64,000 bases of DNA from Calditrichia bacterium. GTDB lineage: Bacteria; Calditrichota; Calditrichia; JAJRVZ01. Under the pieces are notes generated by a model that ran no database searches, had not been told where the DNA came from, and was given only the letters and a program-made list of their open reading frames with translations. Shown here one piece after another: positions 1 through 12,203 of this stretch (positions within the stretch are counted from its first letter, which is position 1; every line of letters starts with the position of its first letter). The translations under genes were made by a program, and so were the position numbers. The DNA lies in contig CAWCNS010000011.1 of the NCBI GenBank assembly GCA_963796965.1, positions 608,001 through 672,000 of the forward strand. Direction: 5' to 3'.

Positions 1-552
1 ATCTTTTAACAAATCATAACTTTCTTCAGGTATAAAACTCACATCTGTACAATAGGCCAGACCACCTATACGGAATCCCAAGATCTGTTGATCACCATGA
101 AATAGTTTTATGGGGATGACATTTAAATCATTGATATAAAATGGTCCATTTATCTTTTTTGGTTCGAAATTTGGCAGACCCGGACGAAGTTGTCCATCGC
201 TGAAAGCATAATCAAATATAGTCGTTAATCGCTTTAAAGTACCCGGCTCTGCATAAACGGGAATTCTCTCCCGTTGCAACTGATTAAATCGGCGGAGATC
301 ATCAATTCCATAGATATGATCGGCATGGGCATGGGTATAAAGCACCCCATCCAAACGGTTTAACGGATTTTTCAATAATTGTTGTCTAAGATCGGGGGTT
401 GTATCGATTAATAATTTAGTACAATCAGTTTCTATTGAAATAGAGGTTCTAAGTCGTTTATTGCGGGGATCCTCTGAAGTACACACTGGACAGGTACAAT
501 TTATTATCGGTACACCCTGAGATGTTCCCGTTCCTAAAAAGGTGATTTTCAT
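1..552 (-). CDS. MBL-fold metallo-hydrolase, PhnP-like (runs off the window start)
   Basis: Not in the ORF track. Manual translation from ATG 552 gives MKITFLGTGTSQGVP...CTCPVC...IDTTPDLRQQ...THAHADH...YCTD. The ATG overlaps the aroB stop (ATGA). Confidence 0.88.
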   Translation of the reverse strand, partial: MKITFLGTGTSQGVPIINCTCPVCTSEDPRNKRLRTSISIETDCTKLLIDTTPDLRQQLLKNPLNRLDGVLYTHAHADHIYGIDDLRRFNQLQRERIPVYAEPGTLKRLTTIFDYAFSDGQLRPGLPNFEPKKINGPFYINDLNVIPIKLFHGDQQILGFRIGGLAYCTDVSFIPEESYDLLKD

Positions 553-1643
553 AGTAAAACCGAAAAACTGTCTGCCAATAATTTTTCATCGGAGACCGGT
601 TTGACAGAAATTTTTCCTATGCCTTCAGGTAAAACCAGATTTATTTTACCCTGACGGATTTTTTTATCCCGCTTCATTATAGAAACAAGTTCCTCGGGAT
701 TCAGTCTTTTAGTCGTAGGAATCTCTACATCAAATTTATTGATGAGCTCCCCAATACGCATAGCAACATCTTCTTCTATTATATCTTGCTCCTGCGATAC
801 ATGCAATGCTGATTTCATTCCGAGGAGAACAGCCTGTCCATGCTTTAGGCCTTCATAAGAGAAATATGTTTCTAACGCATGCGCGAAGGTATGTCCCAGG
901 TTTAAATGAGCGCGGATACCTTGCTCTCGTTCATCATCTTCGACGATCTCTGCTTTAATCCTAGCACAGCTGGAAATTATTTCCATTAATAAGTCCGGTT
1001 CTCTGTATAATATCTTTTCTAGATTGCTTTCCAATCGTATAAAAAGATCACTTTCACTAAGAACGCCATATTTTACGACCTCTCCCATCCCACATACAAA
1101 TTCCTCATCAGGCAGACTCTTTAAAAAGGAAATATCAGCGACAACCATTTTAGGCTGATAAAAAGCACCAATGAGATTTTTACCAAGAGTGTGATTTATA
1201 CCAACTTTCCCGCCGATACTGCTGTCTACCTGCGCTAACAGGGTTGTTGGTATTTGAACCAGGTTAATGCCACGTAAATATGATGCAGCTACAAATCCAG
1301 CCAGATCACCGACCACACCGCCACCTAAAGCCAGAATCGTTGAATTTCTCTCAAACCGGTTCTCGATCAACCAGGTATATAGTTTATCTACAATTTTGCC
1401 AGACTTGCTAATTTCCCCATCAGGAACATCAAAAGTTTTAACTTCCCATGCCGCAGATAAAGAATCCTTTATTTTATTGAGGTAGAGCTGTGATACCGGT
1501 GGGGTTGAAATAATCGCTATCTGTCTGTTTATTTTAAACCTGGTAAGTAATTCAGGTAATTGTGAGACTATTTGGTTCCCAACAAAAATTGGATATCCCC
1601 GTTCTCTTAAATTCACCATTATTTCAATACTTTGTTCACTCAT
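549..1643 (-). CDS. aroB: 3-dehydroquinate synthase
   Basis: Motifs GGGVVGDLAGF, PTTLLAQVDSSIGGK, LNLGHTFAHALE, HGQAV. Confidence 0.97.
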   Translation of the reverse strand: MSEQSIEIMVNLRERGYPIFVGNQIVSQLPELLTRFKINRQIAIISTPPVSQLYLNKIKDSLSAAWEVKTFDVPDGEISKSGKIVDKLYTWLIENRFERNSTILALGGGVVGDLAGFVAASYLRGINLVQIPTTLLAQVDSSIGGKVGINHTLGKNLIGAFYQPKMVVADISFLKSLPDEEFVCGMGEVVKYGVLSESDLFIRLESNLEKILYREPDLLMEIISSCARIKAEIVEDDEREQGIRAHLNLGHTFAHALETYFSYEGLKHGQAVLLGMKSALHVSQEQDIIEEDVAMRIGELINKFDVEIPTTKRLNPEELVSIMKRDKKIRQGKINLVLPEGIGKISVKPVSDEKLLADSFSVLL

Positions 1644-1821
1644 AACTGCTTTCTTCTCTTCTATGATTCAAGATATCATCTTGCCGCAGAATTACAATAA
1701 TTTTTATTAAACTTGCAAATAGCGTCAATATGAAGATCGGATATTCTTTTAATCCTGTAAAAAGTCTGTGTTGGATTTGGCGAATATTTTGTTTGTCCGA
1801 CTCAAAAATATATGTATTACT

Positions 1822-2370
1822 CTAAATATCTGTATTCAGTTCTAAAAGAATTTGTTCTACAATTTCATCCACTTCTTTGCCATCACGATCAATGACTATA
1901 TGTGCTTTTAGGTAACCTTCTTCCCTTTCACCCATCAAGATGTTCATACGTTCCAGGTATCTTTCCTTACTCCATTCTTCACCCTCATTGCGTAAAAGTG
2001 GTCTTCTGGTTGAATGTTTGATCCGCTTCCAAATTTCGACCGGATCACTTTTTATATAAATTAGCATCCCATCTTCAATAATATTGTTCACTGTTAGGGT
2101 TGACAAAAGGCTGCCACCACCTAATGATATTATATTTCGATCTGGTTGTGAGAGAACAGACAAAACTGTTTCTTCCTCAATCTTTCGGAACCACTCTTCG
2201 CCCTTTGCAGCAAAAATTCGGCTTATTCCCATTCCGACCTGACTCTCAATTTGTTCGTCCGTATCGATGAATCCGACATCCAGTTTCTGAGCCAAACGTT
2301 TGCCGATCGTACTTTTACCACTTCCCATAAATCCGGTTAAAAAGATGTGATTTAATAATTGACTACTCAT
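1822..2370 (-). CDS. aroK: shikimate kinase
   Basis: P-loop GFMGSGKST, DTD, GEEWFR, LGGG, RPLL. Confidence 0.96.
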   Translation of the reverse strand: MSSQLLNHIFLTGFMGSGKSTIGKRLAQKLDVGFIDTDEQIESQVGMGISRIFAAKGEEWFRKIEEETVLSVLSQPDRNIISLGGGSLLSTLTVNNIIEDGMLIYIKSDPVEIWKRIKHSTRRPLLRNEGEEWSKERYLERMNILMGEREEGYLKAHIVIDRDGKEVDEIVEQILLELNTDI

Positions 2371-2635
2371 TAGAAAGATTCACCCAAATAGAAAAATGAA
2401 GTCCATACATTCTGTATATTTTATAGATCACAAAGCATTCAGAAAAATTCACATAATTAATTTTTGATTGATTTTAAGTATTCTAATTGTAATAGATCAC
2501 TTTTATACTTCTGTGTAATTCTGTGGTTAGACAACTTTTATTAAATATAGAGAAATCCCGGAGAACGGTGCAGGCTCAGAGGACCTACCAGGATTTTTTC
2601 TGCTATTTACATACTCTTATAGGCCAGATTAGCCT

Positions 2636-3397
2636 CTAAATATTGCTTCGGATACTTTTACTGATTTTATTAAAAGATTCTTCCCACTTTAACAAAACGC
2701 CTGAAGCGTTTGGATTGTATTTGTTGAAATCAAAAAACAACTCCTGTGTATCATTCATCACAACGTTCACAATTTGATCCAGCTTTTGTAATCCGGACAT
2801 CATCAAAGGCAAACGGGATATACCAAGATCATGAAGAGCCCGGCCAAGATGATGTACCAGGTTCAGATTAAAAGCCATTAATTCATCATGTTCTTCAGCA
2901 GTCATATTATAGACCTGTAATCCAAATTCCTCGGTCAATAACTGCACGAGAAATCTGTACTCTCCAAATGGAACCTGGCCGGGAATTAAGACCATCAAAT
3001 GGTCCCTAAGACGCACTCTAGCCGAATCCGGTCCAAAAAGAGGATGAGAGGCCACATAGAATATATCCTCTGGTAAATACGCCTCAAACCAATGCATTAC
3101 AGGCCCTTTAACAGATGCACAGTCAATTAAAACGGATCCAGGTTGAAATTTATCACGATTATCTTTTAAAAATTCCTCCAATTTCCCAATGGGGATTGTA
3201 AGAAAGATGAACTTTTTTTGAAGACATTCATCTAATGATCGCCATGATGCAAACCGTTCAATTTCTTTTTCTCGTTCTTTATCCTGATCATAGAAAAAGG
3301 TTGGATATAGTTTGCTAAGATGTTTTCCCCAAAATGTGCCGAACCTACCGGCACCTATAACTGCAAATTCAATATTATTTTCAGAGGGTAATTTCAA
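2636..3397 (-). CDS. tyrA: prephenate/arogenate dehydrogenase
   Basis: Rossmann GAGRFG, DCASVK, HPLFGP, EEHD; aro operon context. Confidence 0.9.
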   Translation of the reverse strand: MKLPSENNIEFAVIGAGRFGTFWGKHLSKLYPTFFYDQDKEREKEIERFASWRSLDECLQKKFIFLTIPIGKLEEFLKDNRDKFQPGSVLIDCASVKGPVMHWFEAYLPEDIFYVASHPLFGPDSARVRLRDHLMVLIPGQVPFGEYRFLVQLLTEEFGLQVYNMTAEEHDELMAFNLNLVHHLGRALHDLGISRLPLMMSGLQKLDQIVNVVMNDTQELFFDFNKYNPNASGVLLKWEESFNKISKSIRSNI

Positions 3398-3400
3398 TTT

Positions 3401-3667
3401 TTATTCCTGTGACTTGTAAGATGCTTCCAGGATTTGCTGCCAAATATTTGCAATTTTATCAGCATCAATTTTGAGATCCTGGCATTTTTTTTCTAATGCA
3501 TCAAATAAGGCTTTTTCGCGAGGGGTATCAATAATAGTCATGCCGTTCTCTTTTTTTACTAAGCCTATTTCTTTTGTAAGTTGCAGACGCTTTTTTATTA
3601 ATAGGAGTATATTATCATCCACAGCATCAATTTCTTCTCGTAATCTGGCAATTTTAGTTTCAGTCAT
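3401..3667 (-). CDS. chorismate mutase (AroQ type, monofunctional)
   Basis: LREEIDAVD...KR...IG..KK...D..RE signature; ATG at 3667 preferred over the track's TTG. Confidence 0.9.
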   Translation of the reverse strand: MTETKIARLREEIDAVDDNILLLIKKRLQLTKEIGLVKKENGMTIIDTPREKALFDALEKKCQDLKIDADKIANIWQQILEASYKSQE

Positions 3668-3682
3668 ATTAAAAATCCCCAA

Positions 3683-4939
3683 TCAATCTATTGTTTTTTG
3701 CCAGTATGGTAAATGCTGCCAGAACTGGGGATATGATTTGTCCACACAATGGGGATCATTTATTTTAACATCCTCTATTCGGGTTCCGGCGACGGCAAAA
3801 CTCATAGCAATCCTATGATCGTTATAGGAGTTAATAATACCCCCATTATAGGTCTTTTGTGGAAAAATTGTCAATATACTGTTTTTATACTCGCTTTTTC
3901 CACCAAGTGTTTTGATATTTTCCTGAATTGCCTCAATGCGGTTGCTTTCTTTATATTCAAGCAATTTCACATTTCTTAATTTGCATGGTCCATCGCTGAA
4001 CATCCCCAAAACGCTCAGCGCAGGAACGAGATCCGGTGTATCTTCGCAATTTAGATCGAACGCCTTCTTCTTGTCGCCGATTATCTCGATCCGATCTGTA
4101 TAAAGCATTACTTCTGCTCCAACCTCTTCTGCGATACGTAATATTTCTTCGTCACCCTGGAGAGAGGGTATATTCATATTTTTCAAAACAACCTTAACAC
4201 CGTTAATCAAGGCATAAACGATCCAATAAGATGAGGCGGAGAAGTCCTTTTCCACAGATAACATCCAATCCAGATCCGGTTGACCAGCGACTACATGTAT
4301 CTCACTATTTGAATACTCAACATGTAATCTCAATCTTTTCATTAAATTGGCAGTCATTTTTATATAGGGGAGAGAGGGCATTCCCTCCGGCAGACGTACT
4401 GTCAGATTTTTTTCCATTTTCAACGCGGCCATCATAAGGGCAGATACAATTTGTGATGAAGGCAATATGGGAAATGTTATCTTTCCCCCTGTTGAATGTC
4501 CGGGTAAAGTGTCCACTGGAAGAGAGTTTGATGAATCCTTGTACTTATGACCAAATGTACCAATGGCTTCAAGGAGTTCAGAAAAGGGTCTGCTATGCAA
4601 ACGATCTGATCCATAAAAGCGCATAGGCTTATCCAGAAACGTGCCCAAGGGTATCAGAAACCTGGCTGAAGAGCCGGAATTACCCAAGTAGACTTCTGAA
4701 TCATTTGTCTTACCTATAGGATTAGTAACATGATATTGGCCATCAATTTCCTCAAAAACTGCTCCCATTTTTTCCAGAGCAACACGGGTAAGCTGTGTAT
4801 CCTCAGCCATTAATGCATTGGAAATTCTTGTCCTGCCTCTGTTTAAGGCGGCGAGGATAAATAATCGATGGGTGATACTTTTTGAGGAAGGCAGTTCTAT
4901 TACCCGATCTTCTGCTTTATCCGGAATAATTCGATGCAT
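3683..4939 (-). CDS. aroA: 3-phosphoshikimate 1-carboxyvinyltransferase (EPSP synthase)
   Basis: PSSKSITHR, GNSGSSARF, SSQ, KESNRI, DHRIAM, VDKSYPQFW. Confidence 0.96.
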   Translation of the reverse strand: MHRIIPDKAEDRVIELPSSKSITHRLFILAALNRGRTRISNALMAEDTQLTRVALEKMGAVFEEIDGQYHVTNPIGKTNDSEVYLGNSGSSARFLIPLGTFLDKPMRFYGSDRLHSRPFSELLEAIGTFGHKYKDSSNSLPVDTLPGHSTGGKITFPILPSSQIVSALMMAALKMEKNLTVRLPEGMPSLPYIKMTANLMKRLRLHVEYSNSEIHVVAGQPDLDWMLSVEKDFSASSYWIVYALINGVKVVLKNMNIPSLQGDEEILRIAEEVGAEVMLYTDRIEIIGDKKKAFDLNCEDTPDLVPALSVLGMFSDGPCKLRNVKLLEYKESNRIEAIQENIKTLGGKSEYKNSILTIFPQKTYNGGIINSYNDHRIAMSFAVAGTRIEDVKINDPHCVDKSYPQFWQHLPYWQKTID

Positions 4940-5978
4940 TCTTTTCAATTTCCTTCTGTTTCTTCTTTCTCAAAGCAATAACAGAATCATATATCGTCTG
5001 CCAATCTTTGAGAAACTCATCCATCTGGTCATAATTTAAGGATTGATTTCCATCTGAGAATGCTTCGTAAGGACGTGGATGTACTTCTACCATCATCCCA
5101 TCAGCACCGGCAGCCATTCCGCCCAGCGATACCGGCGTAATTAGATCGGTTCGCCCGGTAGCATGACTTGCGTCAATAATGATCGGTAAATGAGAGACAT
5201 TCTTAATCATCGGAACTATATTAAGGTCAAACGTATTGCGTGTGAACTCGACAAAAGTCCGAATTCCTCTCTCACACAACATAACCTTTTCATTTCCCTC
5301 CGATAAAATATATTCCGCACTCATTAAGAATTCATTCAGGGTAGCAGAAATTCCTCGTTTTAGGAAGACCGGTTTATCTGTTTTACCTAATGCCTTTAGT
5401 AGTTTAAAATGCTGCATATTTCTTGCACCTACCTGAAAAATGTCCACATAGTCATATAGCAGGTCAATATCACTAATTTCCATCACTTCAGAGATAACAG
5501 GCAGGTTATGGGCTTGTCCTGCTGCCTGAAGCCATTCTGCTCCAATTTTACCCAGGCCTTGAAATGCATAGGGACTTGATCGGGGTTTAAACACACCACC
5601 CCTGAGAATATTTACACCTTGTTTTGACATCTCTTTGGCAATATCCCATATTTGTTCTTCAGTTTCCACTGAACAGGGGCCGGCAAAAATTACCGGTTCT
5701 ATTCCACCGATATCGACCTTACCAACTTTTATGATCGTGTTTTTTGGATGAAAATTTCTTGAGGTCAGTTTATAGGGTTCTAAAATTCTAATCACCTTCG
5801 TAACCCCAGGGAATGCTTCCAAAGCCATCTGATCTAAATCACGTTTATCACCGATAATCCCAAGCACCTTTCTTTCTATGCCTTCAGATTCATGCAGTCG
5901 TGCGCCGGTCTTGGTGATATATGTTTTTAAATTCTCAAGCTCTTCTGGTTTGATCTTGTTATCTAATACAATAATCAT
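4917..5978 (-). CDS. aroF: DAHP synthase type I-beta with N-terminal regulatory domain
   Basis: AGPCSVE, FKPRSSPYAFQG, QVGARNMQ, LCERGIRTF, DASH, EVHP, SDG. Confidence 0.96.
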   Translation of the reverse strand: MIIVLDNKIKPEELENLKTYITKTGARLHESEGIERKVLGIIGDKRDLDQMALEAFPGVTKVIRILEPYKLTSRNFHPKNTIIKVGKVDIGGIEPVIFAGPCSVETEEQIWDIAKEMSKQGVNILRGGVFKPRSSPYAFQGLGKIGAEWLQAAGQAHNLPVISEVMEISDIDLLYDYVDIFQVGARNMQHFKLLKALGKTDKPVFLKRGISATLNEFLMSAEYILSEGNEKVMLCERGIRTFVEFTRNTFDLNIVPMIKNVSHLPIIIDASHATGRTDLITPVSLGGMAAGADGMMVEVHPRPYEAFSDGNQSLNYDQMDEFLKDWQTIYDSVIALRKKKQKEIEKNASNYSG

Positions 5979-6113
5979 TTTTCTCTCGCTATTTTATATA
6001 AATTTTTTTATCAAACTGACAACTGTAATTATTTGCCAGACTTGCTTTACATTTACCTAATTTACGAATTTTATAGGGACTTTTTAAGTTAAAATGGTCT
6101 CAGGGGAAGATTC

Positions 6114-6726
6114 TTAGATATATTTTGTCAAAAAACTTTTTCGGTGACAGGCACTAAGGCCGGTTTTTCGAATTGCCTCTAAGTGATTTCTGGATCCATA
6201 ACCCTTATTTTTTTCCAGATGGTATTGAGGGTAGGTCTCACTGAGACTCTCCATATACACATCTCTGAATTCCTTGGCGATGATTGAAGCTGCTGCGATC
6301 GTGAATGAGCGGTTATCCCCTTTTATAATTCCTCGCACCGGTATCGATAAGTGCCTGACCGATTCCCCATCTACAAGCACAAAGTCCGGCTTAAAGGATA
6401 AACCATTCAATGCTCTGCGCATGGCCATAAAAGTTGCTATTCGGATATTAAAAAAGTCTATTTCCTGTTCAGAAGCAGACCCAATATTCCAGGATAAAGC
6501 TTCTTTACATAATAATTCTTTCAGCTCTTTCTTTTTTTTTCTACTTAATTGTTTAGAATCTTTTACCCCTGCATGAAAGAAGTCTGACCTGAAGATTGCA
6601 GCACAGGCCATAACCGGTCCGGCCACAGATCCTCTACCCACCTCATCAATTCCACAAATATGTTTAATCCCACATTTCCATATATTTTTTCTCGATCTCT
6701 AATCTGTCAGGTATTGATGCTTTCAT
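6114..6726 (-). CDS. rnhB: ribonuclease HII (one-base frameshift in an A-run near 6685-6690, likely sequencing error)
   Basis: GIDEVGRG, DSKQL, KGD, IAAASIIAK, KGY, HRKSF. The N-terminus from ATG 6726 joins after removing one A; span 613 = 3n+1. Confidence 0.92.
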
Positions 6727-6939
6727 CAAATTATTCAGTCTATATATACCGGTATTGATTACTCTTATCCTGGCTACAAATACTCACTTTATGTGATCCG
6801 TACCATGTCAACATTCCCAATGCCGACATTTAATGTCCACAATCTGAATTTTAAAAAATGTAAAATAAATTTTGAGATAGATTCAATGGGACTTTGATTT
6901 GACATTGGTGCTTCGGGCATTCGACATGCTTCATTTGGA

Positions 6940-6980
6940 CTCTCCTCTCTACTTCTCTCTACTCTCTACACTCTACTCTT
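6940..6980. repeat. degenerate heptamer tandem repeat (CTCTACT-like)
   Basis: ctctcctctctacttctctctactctctacactctactct; reverse complement of the GTAGAG(A/G) array at 43658. Confidence 0.6.
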
Positions 6981-6986
6981 AATATT

Positions 6987-9630
6987 CTATATCTCCGTAC
7001 TTTTCAACAACAACGCATTAAATAAAAGTTTATATGAAGCCTGGGTCGATGCTCTAAACTGAGGGTTAAAGGCATACAATACCAGCTGTCCTTTTCCCTT
7101 TTTCAACCAAACCATAGCCGTTTTATTTTCCAGCTTTTCTACCATTTCACAATACCCGCTGAGCAGAATATCCTTCTCAGGAAAGGTGGCAATAACTCTG
7201 CGATCCATATCAAAATCTGGGATCGATGTCCTGAAAACCGGACGGCCACGGTAGAATATCCCAATTTTGTTCGGAAGTCCAAGGGTAAGAGGATGCTCAG
7301 GCAATACATTTATACCAACCAGCGAACCTGGACAATACAAACCTTCTTTTTGAAGTTGATCAGAGATATCCGTAAAGGGCAACTGGAAAGAATCCGATTT
7401 ATCATCATCGAGGGGTATTTCTAATGTTCCTTTAAAAAGACGGGTCGATCTTCCCCAGGCAATAATCAACCCACCACTCTCAAGATATGTCATCAGATTT
7501 GCCATTCCCTCTTTACCAATCCCCGCTGTAAATTCTGGTGGATAATTGCTTATGTAATATTCTCCTTCAGATTTCCATTTGCCATCCATAAGAACCGACT
7601 TAGCCACATCCGGAAAAATGACAACATCATAATCCTTTTGAAAATTTATATCCTTGAATTCGCCTGGACGGATTACCTTATACGGAACATTATACTGGTC
7701 AAAAACAAAACGTGTCCATCCTGCATCCATATCATGAAAATAAGTTTCAACCAAGGCGATTCGCTGCATTTTAATCGCCTTTGCTCTGACATCCGGTTTT
7801 TGGTTTAAATACAGGGGTGATGATCCGAGTGGTTCAATAATCTTTGCCAAAGTCTGGCCTTCGCCGGATACGATAAAACTTCCAATGGGCAAAGTTTTTC
7901 CATCCACGTCAAATTCTGCGCGTGTTCTTTTCACTTCTAACCCATTAGCAACGGCATTAAATGCTGCTTTAAAACTTTCATTTTGATTAGAAGTGAATAC
8001 AGCTCCCCAATATGCATTTGGTGAAGATGATTTTAGATTGAAAGTCCGGTCAATAAGTTTTAGACTTTTTTCTAATTTCTCTGATCTTTTATCAATCTGT
8101 ACAGAAGTGACACTCCGATGCAATGGTAATGACCAGGAAGTAATATCATAAGGCTTAATGATTTTTCCATCGGGCGTATAATGACGAACCGGGAATTCCT
8201 GTTCTTCCAGAACTTCTTTTACAAAAGGGCGAAAAGGTTGTGCCAATGGGAACGACGATATCGCCTTTACGATACAAGCGTATCATCTAATTTCATACGT
8301 TTTCTAATTGGTAAACATCGACGCCATGTTCCTGTAACAAATTTACCAGATTAACCAATTCACTTTCATCATGCTGTTTTAAAGGCAAGATATAGTAATA
8401 AGGAGCTTTGGTCTGTCCCCTCGATTGACCTCTCTTTTACAAATATCGTTTCGAAACTCAAGTATTTTTCCTCTGTATAGAGAGGCCGTTTCAATAATAG
8501 AATAGGTAGACACAATTTCATAATCTACAATATCTCCCAAACGCCACCAACCTCCCGGCCAGGGATCAGGCATATTGATGCTTTTTTTGTATTCGGATAA
8601 ACCTTTTCCATATACACTTAATTCATTTGGTTCGATAAAGATTGGTTTAGCATAATCCGTACTTGCACATTCGGTTAAGAATACCAATTACATTTTTCCA
8701 GATACATGTTTCCGTTGAACCTGGCCAATAATCGTCAAAAATATAATGTTGTGAAACACCTCTCAATCCCTCTGCTGTCATATGTTTAATCAGATTAGCT
8801 CCAAATAAGCCGGTCCAGTTCCAAACACCGGCCTCAATATTTTCAGCGATAGGGTCATGAATCGGTGGAACAAAGTAACGGGGTCCCGTGCTGCCCATCT
8901 GATGTTTTTCAACCATAACCTGAGGAAACCAGGTCTGGTTATAGATAGCGGCAATGGCCCGTGTGTCTTCCTGTGAAAGGATCACAAAATCACGGTTATT
9001 ATCATGTCCAACATATTTATGATATACACCGGGCATGGAACTTCCTTCATACTTTGTACCTTTATACTTTTTATAGTGGTTTACAATCATGTCCATACCA
9101 TCAGGATTGTGGCAGGGAACCATCATATAGACCACATTACTCAGCCATTGGAGTCGGCTGGGATCAGCGGTAGTCGCCAAATCATAAGCGATAAGTGGTG
9201 CCGATTGAGAAGGCCCTACCTCACCAGAGTGCATGGAAAGTGTCGCTAAAACAAATACTTTTCCATCCCGGGTAAATTGGGATTTTTCCACATCAGATAG
9301 ATCAGGGTCAAGTGCTAATTTTTTATTGATTTTCCGTAATTTTTCCAAATTTTTGATATTGCTCTCAGACGAAATAAATGCAATATACATCTTCTTACCA
9401 AGTGGTGAACTTCCGATCTCCTCCAGTTTAATTCGATCCGACAAGACATCAACTTTTTGCAAGTAGTTAATAAGATCTTCATAAGTGAATAACATCCGGT
9501 CAGTGCCGGGCTTAAAACCAAAAAAGGATTCAGGTGTAGGAACCTCATCATAATTTTGTGCATGAGTTCCAACTAATAAGGCAAACAAAAGAATAAATAA
9601 GAGCATCAGGGTACTTTTCACAATCATCAT
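6987..9630 (-). CDS. secreted M14-family zinc carboxypeptidase (~880 aa, split by several indels at ~8250-8690)
   Basis: Signal peptide, HSGE (HxxE), NPDG, DNNRD, EKHQM. ORFs 8647-9630, 8379-8687 and 6987-8246 are collinear pieces of one protein with a C-terminal GATase-like region (MDAGWTRFVF...QFRA). Confidence 0.85.
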
Positions 9631-9750
9631 CCCTCCTCAATTATGCACAAGATGGATTATTGTTAAAATTTCAATCAGAAGTGGGCAGAAATTACAAAAA
9701 TTATGAATAAATGTACATTGGACTTTAAAAAAATACACGATATAAACTAT

Positions 9751-12163
9751 TTACCGCCAATTTTTACGTACAATATTTTCGGGTCCAATCAATAATTGTA
9801 CACTTCCTTCCTGACTGGAAAGAAAGGTCCGAACTCCCCAATTCTCGAGTCTTTCAATAGTATGAGCCGAGGGGTGATTAAATTTATTTTTTTTTGCCAC
9901 AGATATAATCACTGCAATTGGGTCCACCTTCTCTAATAATCTCTGAGAAGTGGAGGTTATACTCCCATGATGTCCAACCTTCAATATTTCACTTTCAAGA
10001 AATGAGTTGTATGTCAGTGTCGGAATCTCACCTTCTCTCTCAAGATCTCCCACAAAAAGTATACTGTTCTCGCCATATTGAATTTTCATTACAAGAGAGC
10101 TGTTATTACATTCCATACCACTAAAATTTGCGGCCTGACAAAATGTACTGTCTGGATGCAAAATATAGACGCGACATTTCGGATCTGCAAAAAGTTGGTC
10201 TCCCCTATGGACTGTTTTAAGAAAAATTTGATTTCTTGCCCGTATGCGCTCTATATCCCTAAATAAATGCGAATGATATTTATAGGAGCTCTAAAACCAA
10301 TGTATCGACAGTTAGATTTTCCAATAAATGAGGGAAACCGCCAATATGATCATTATGAGCATGGGATCCTACCAGGTAATTAATCCTTGTGATACCCTCA
10401 GATTGTAAAAAAGGAAGAACTGTTTTCTCACCATAATTCCAGTACCGGGAGGCACTTCCAGCATCAATTAACATATTTTTTCCATTGGGAAATTCTAAAA
10501 ACGCAGCATCTCCCTGACCAACATCCAGGAAAGTTACTTTTAAAATGTCAGCTGCTTTTATCCAAGAAACCAACACAAGCAAGATCACCGGCAGAATTGA
10601 ATACGCCAGCATTTTAACCCCTCCATATGTTTTTATGTTAAAAATTAGATAAATCCAAACATAGAGAAGTAATATTTGGTAGAGTGTGGGTCTTATTGTT
10701 ATGATTGAAGCAAAAGGTAGTTGGGCAAAGAGTTCCGTAACAGTCTGAAGTATACTATCTATGAAAACGATCATGGTTCCAAGACCCAGGGCTAAAAATG
10801 TAGAAAGGGCCGCAGTCAAAAGAAGGAATAGACTTAGGAATACAATTACGCCGGCCATTGGAATGATAATCAGATTTGCAAAAATCGCATAGAGGGGTAT
10901 GCTTCCGTAATAAAAAAGTGTTAGAGGTAATGTTCCTAACACCGCAGCCACAGATACCAGAAGAGGTATCCAAATCGCCTTAACAATGATCCTGCTAATC
11001 CATGAGGATTGTGACCCTTTTAAATATTTATTTAAAGGCAAAATATCGTTTAATCTCTCATATCCATAAATGATTGATAGTACAGCGAGAAAGGAAAACT
11101 GAAATCCCGGTTTGAATAATTCTCTGGGATCAATCATCAGAATGAGAAACATGGAGGCAAATATAATATTGTAAACGGAAGCCCGCCGTTCAATTCCTTT
11201 CGCTATCAGAAACATTATTGCCATGGCAGAGGCCCGGATGACAGGTATCTTAAATCGTACCAGAATGACATATATGATCAGGATGGTTACAAGAAATGCT
11301 AATTTTTTGCCCTGGCTAAACCGTAGCAAGGAGGCAAAACCAAAAACAAAGGCAATTATAAATCCCACATGTAGTCCCGAAATAGCCAAAACATGAACGA
11401 CACCTACTTGTTGGAATAATGTTAACATTTCAGAGCCCAGATTCTGTTTTTCTCCCAGAATTAATGCCTTTAAAAGAGCACTTGTTTTTTCTGATACATA
11501 CGTATCGAATGTTTTTCTAAAATAGGCTCTCAGAGGTACAACCATATATTGGAGAAGAAAGGTGCCCTGTTGATGTCCAATAATTGTAAATGTATCTGAC
11601 GGACTTATTGTCAACAGGTGATAGACATCCTGCTCGGCTAGATATTGGGAATAATCGAATTGACCTGGAAATCTTTTTTTTTCCGGTAAAGTTAATTTAC
11701 CAAAGAATCGTATTCGGTCACCATAACGAAATTTTGTACTTATATTTTTTGTTCTTAATAAGACCTTGCCAGATACCAGGTTTTCTTCTGTCAAAGATGC
11801 GATTTTTTTGACAGATAGTAGAAATCGGTTTCGACCATCTCTTTTTATAAAACAATCATCAATGATACCTTCAATAAACTTAATATTTTTTATATCATAT
11901 TTGCATAAATGATTTTTCGGCAGCAATGTTGTTGAGATATTAAATCTGATGGCCATTGATCCCAAAATTGTGAGGAGGAGAAATAAATTTGATACACCTG
12001 TGCGGTTTTTTAAGCGAAAGAAACCAGCGAGACATAGAACTGAAAGTGTCAGAATTATGGCCTGAGCCAAGGGCAAAAGGAATCGGGCTCCCAGAATTCC
12101 TGTAACAGCAAAAATACAAAATAGTATGAAGGGATTCTTTTTGAAAATGTCGGTCATATTCAC
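9751..12163 (-). CDS. comEC: DNA internalization competence protein ComEC/Rec2 (frameshift near 10290)
   Basis: HVLAISGLHVG, GFQFSF, DVGQGD, SHAHNDHIGG, LKVGHHGS, NKFNHP; span 2413 = 3n+1. Confidence 0.93.
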
Positions 12164-12185
12164 ACCTAAATAAACATGAAAAGTG

Positions 12186-12193
12186 CAAATATA
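12186..12193 (-). promoter_or_regulatory. FCB-type housekeeping promoter -7 element (TATATTTG) upstream of comEC
   Basis: Matches TAnnTTTG about 25 nt before the start; the motif recurs at three other operon heads. Confidence 0.5.
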
Positions 12194-12203
12194 ATGCCGT
12201 AAC

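Noticed and set aside
2553..2596. SAH riboswitch (CAGGCTC motif) or SRP RNA
   Set aside because: Lacks the GAGCGCTGC/pseudoknot partner and the SRP core, and the motif is on the strand opposite the flanking genes
8250..8330. In-frame TGA and TAG in the peptidase suggesting stop-codon recoding
   Set aside because: Explained by a compensating deletion/insertion pair; TGA and TAG terminate many other genes here
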